The translations under genes were made by a program, and so were the position numbers. A stretch of 1,391 nt of DNA from NCBI GenBank assembly GCA_000004985.1, contig GG739432.1, one strand, 5' to 3'. This document shows, in pieces, positions 1 to 1,391 of the stretch (its first letter is position 1; each line of letters begins with the position of its first letter). The notes under the pieces were generated by a model. It was not told the origin of the DNA and made no database searches. It was given only the letters and a program-made list of their open reading frames with translations. This stretch comes from Naegleria gruberi (lineage: Eukaryota).

Positions 1-7
1 ATATCAA
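1..7 (-). CDS. Start of exon 3 of the MAPK gene (partial, 7 nt in window). TT completes Ile, then GAT (Asp) and AT- (Ile).
   Basis: The rc of 1..7 is TTGATAT, directly after the AG acceptor. It is in the correct phase to give I-D-I of the IDIWS motif. The gene continues beyond the window. Confidence 0.5.
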
Positions 8-388
<381 letters not shown>

Positions 389-420
389 TTATATTGAATT
401 GTATTAAGGAATGTTGTACA

Positions 421-474
421 TTATTATTATTATATTGAATAAAGTATTAATTATATGTTATTATTATTATATTG
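421..474. repeat. Perfect 17-bp direct repeat TTATTATTATTATATTG at 421..437 and 458..474, with (TTA)4 cores, inside intron 1.
   Basis: Direct reading. The two copies are identical and their starts are 37 bp apart. Confidence 0.6.
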
Positions 475-488
475 TATGAAATCATTCA

Positions 489-500
489 ATCATCATCATC
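489..500. repeat. (ATC)4 / (CAT)n trinucleotide microsatellite inside intron 1.
   Basis: The sequence atcatcatcatc is read directly at 489..500. Confidence 0.6.
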
Positions 501-541
501 AATATTCAATTTAATACAAAAAGAGTAATAATAATACTTAC

Positions 542-837
542 ACATCAGAGAAGGTATTCTTATCAGGAATTGTCATAATATCCTTAACAGAAATAATATT
601 TGAATGACGGAAAGTTCTCAATAATTCAATTTCTCTTAAAATTCTCTTTCCATCTACCAAATCTTGAAACAATTTTGGTACTTTTTTAATAGCAACCTTT
701 TCATTAGTCTTTTTATCAATACCAGAGCATACAAAACCATAGGCACCATAACCGATTGGTTTAATAATTGAATAACTTTCATCAACCTCAAATACTGTTC
801 CATCTACAGTATAGACTTTCTTCTTACTTTGACTCAT
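542..837 (-). CDS. Exon 1 of an ERK-family (TEY-type) MAP kinase. Codons 1-98 plus the first two nt (GT) of Val99. Encodes MSQSKKKVYTVDGTVFEVDESYSIIKPIGYGAYGFVCSGIDKKTNEKVAIKKVPKLFQDLVDGKRILREIELLRTFRHSNIISVKDIMTIPDKNTFSD-V
   Basis: ATG at 837..835 (plus-strand cat). It is preceded on the coding strand by A8 (838..845) and by an in-frame TAA stop three codons upstream (846..844). The translation carries kinase subdomain I (Gly-loop GYGAYG), subdomain II (VAIKK) and subdomain III (REIELL). The ORF continues only 1 codon past the conserved D-V before a stop. A canonical GTAAGT donor overlaps the Val codon. Confidence 0.85.
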
Positions 838-977
838 TTTTTTTTAAGGAGAGAGTTCTTGTAGTTGTTGCTGTTGAGGGTAATGGTCGATGAATGAAAA
901 ACTAAATTGTAGTTTGTTGTTGCATCATTTTTGATGTCGTGTAACAACCTCTGACCAAGGCAGCTAATTAATACAAA

Positions 978-1008
978 CACCTACCACACCACCACAACCA
1001 CACGCAGT
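978..1008 (-). promoter_or_regulatory. CA-rich (plus strand) / GT-rich (gene-sense strand) tract, CACCTACCACACCACCACAACCACACGCAG, about 140-170 bp upstream of the MAPK ATG. Candidate G-box/CA-rich-element-like promoter motif.
   Basis: Strong strand-asymmetric C+A composition in otherwise AT-rich DNA, with repeated CCAC/CACAC units. On the gene-sense strand it reads CTGCGTGTGGTTGTGGTGGTGTGGTAGGTG. GT/CA-rich elements of this kind are known developmental promoter elements in dictyostelids (G-box binding factor sites and CAEs). The assignment here is an inference. Confidence 0.3.
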
Positions 1009-1016
1009 AACCACAA

Positions 1017-1047
1017 ACAAACAAGGCTTTGAATACAAACAAGGCTT
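1017..1047. repeat. Perfect 13-bp direct repeat ACAAACAAGGCTT at 1017..1029 and 1035..1047 (5-bp spacer TGAAT). AATACAAACA also recurs at 970..979 and 1032..1041.
   Basis: Direct reading. The copies lie 180-210 bp upstream of the MAPK ATG in non-coding DNA. The gene-sense strand reads AAGCCTTGTTTGT. Confidence 0.6.
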
Positions 1048-1391
1048 GGTTGTACTTATTAGAGTCATGTTGATGTTTTAAATTACAGTTAAAATTCAGT
1101 ATGAATCTAATATACATTGCATCTCTCTTTCAATGTAAATCATCATTATCCAATAAAATAATATATATTTATATCATCATTGTAAAGAATTAAAGAGAGA
1201 GATGAACATTGAAATTTGTTCTTTCAATGAAGAACAACTTTTCAATGAAACTGAAGAGTTGTTAGCTAATTTAATTAAAAGATATCAATTATCATTTTCA
1301 CATAACACAATTTTACTAAAATGAACAATAAACTGTCAAATTTCATTAATATTTATAAATTACCTCTTCACAAACATTCAAAAAAAAAAGA

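Larger units (their letters stand above)
838..1100 (-). promoter_or_regulatory. 5' flank, putative 5'UTR and promoter of the MAPK gene. Includes the A8 tract and a CT-rich tract (CTCTCTCC) immediately upstream of the ATG, and a GC-richer segment at 846..~1075.
   Basis: There is no long ORF on either strand. The A-run before the ATG (AAAAAAAAATG) is the typical translation-start context of AT-rich protist genes. Composition shifts markedly to higher GC than the flanking intron and intergenic DNA. The segment contains repeated short motifs (see the separate entries). Confidence 0.5.

Noticed and set aside
880-960. Box C/D snoRNA-like motifs (ATGATGC on the minus strand near 928; TGATGT/CTGA on the plus strand at 932..953)
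   Set aside because: The boxes are imperfect (TGATGC/TGATGT rather than TGATGA). The spacing is wrong and there is no terminal stem. The region is better explained as a 5'UTR.
1152-1157. AATAAA polyadenylation signal on the plus strand
   Set aside because: No upstream plus-strand gene exists to terminate, because the adjacent gene is on the minus strand. The hexamer is expected by chance in AT-rich DNA.
838-1391. tRNA or other structured RNA gene in the GC-richer flank
   Set aside because: There is no T-loop (GGTTCGA/TCGAACC-like) motif or cloverleaf-compatible pairing.

Overview
This AT-rich window is best read as eukaryotic nuclear DNA, not a prokaryotic locus. The two minus-strand ORFs in the supplied track are not separate genes. 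They are consecutive exons of one intron-containing gene for an ERK-type (TEY) MAP kinase. Exon 1 is 837..542. It starts at an ATG preceded by an A8 tract and an in-frame TAA three codons upstream, and encodes the Gly-loop GYGAYG, VAIKK and the alphaC Glu. Intron 1 is 541..387 (155 nt; GTAAGT...AAAG; phase 2). It splits the conserved DV|[11 protein letters not shown] segment. Exon 2 is 386..73 and encodes [17 protein letters not shown] (DLG rather than DFG), the activation loop [14 protein letters not shown], and ...KDYGAA. Intron 2 is 72..8 (65 nt; GTAGGT...ATAG; phase 1) and consists largely of a 10-bp tandem repeat. Exon 3 begins at position 7 (TTGATAT), encoding I-D-I of the conserved IDIWS motif, and runs off the window. 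The leading M of the second ORF is actually a TTG Leu codon (E-L-M-D-T-D-L). Its C-terminal tail, SRFFYLHSY...INI, is intron read-through. Upstream of the kinase ATG, 846..~1075 is a GC-richer flank relative to its surroundings. It contains a CA/GT-rich tract and a perfect 13-bp direct repeat (ACAAACAAGGCTT x2), which are candidate promoter elements. Beyond ~1200 on the plus strand there are two short candidate starts of a divergently transcribed gene. One is a 40-codon ORF at 1202..1324, flanked by repeated TCTTTCAATG motifs and a hairpin. The other starts at ATG 1321 and is open to the window end. Neither can be confirmed. I see no prokaryotic defence system, CRISPR array, mobile element or RNA gene. 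The sequence grammar resembles a dictyostelid or other AT-rich amoebozoan gene, but the source organism is not determinable from the sequence alone.
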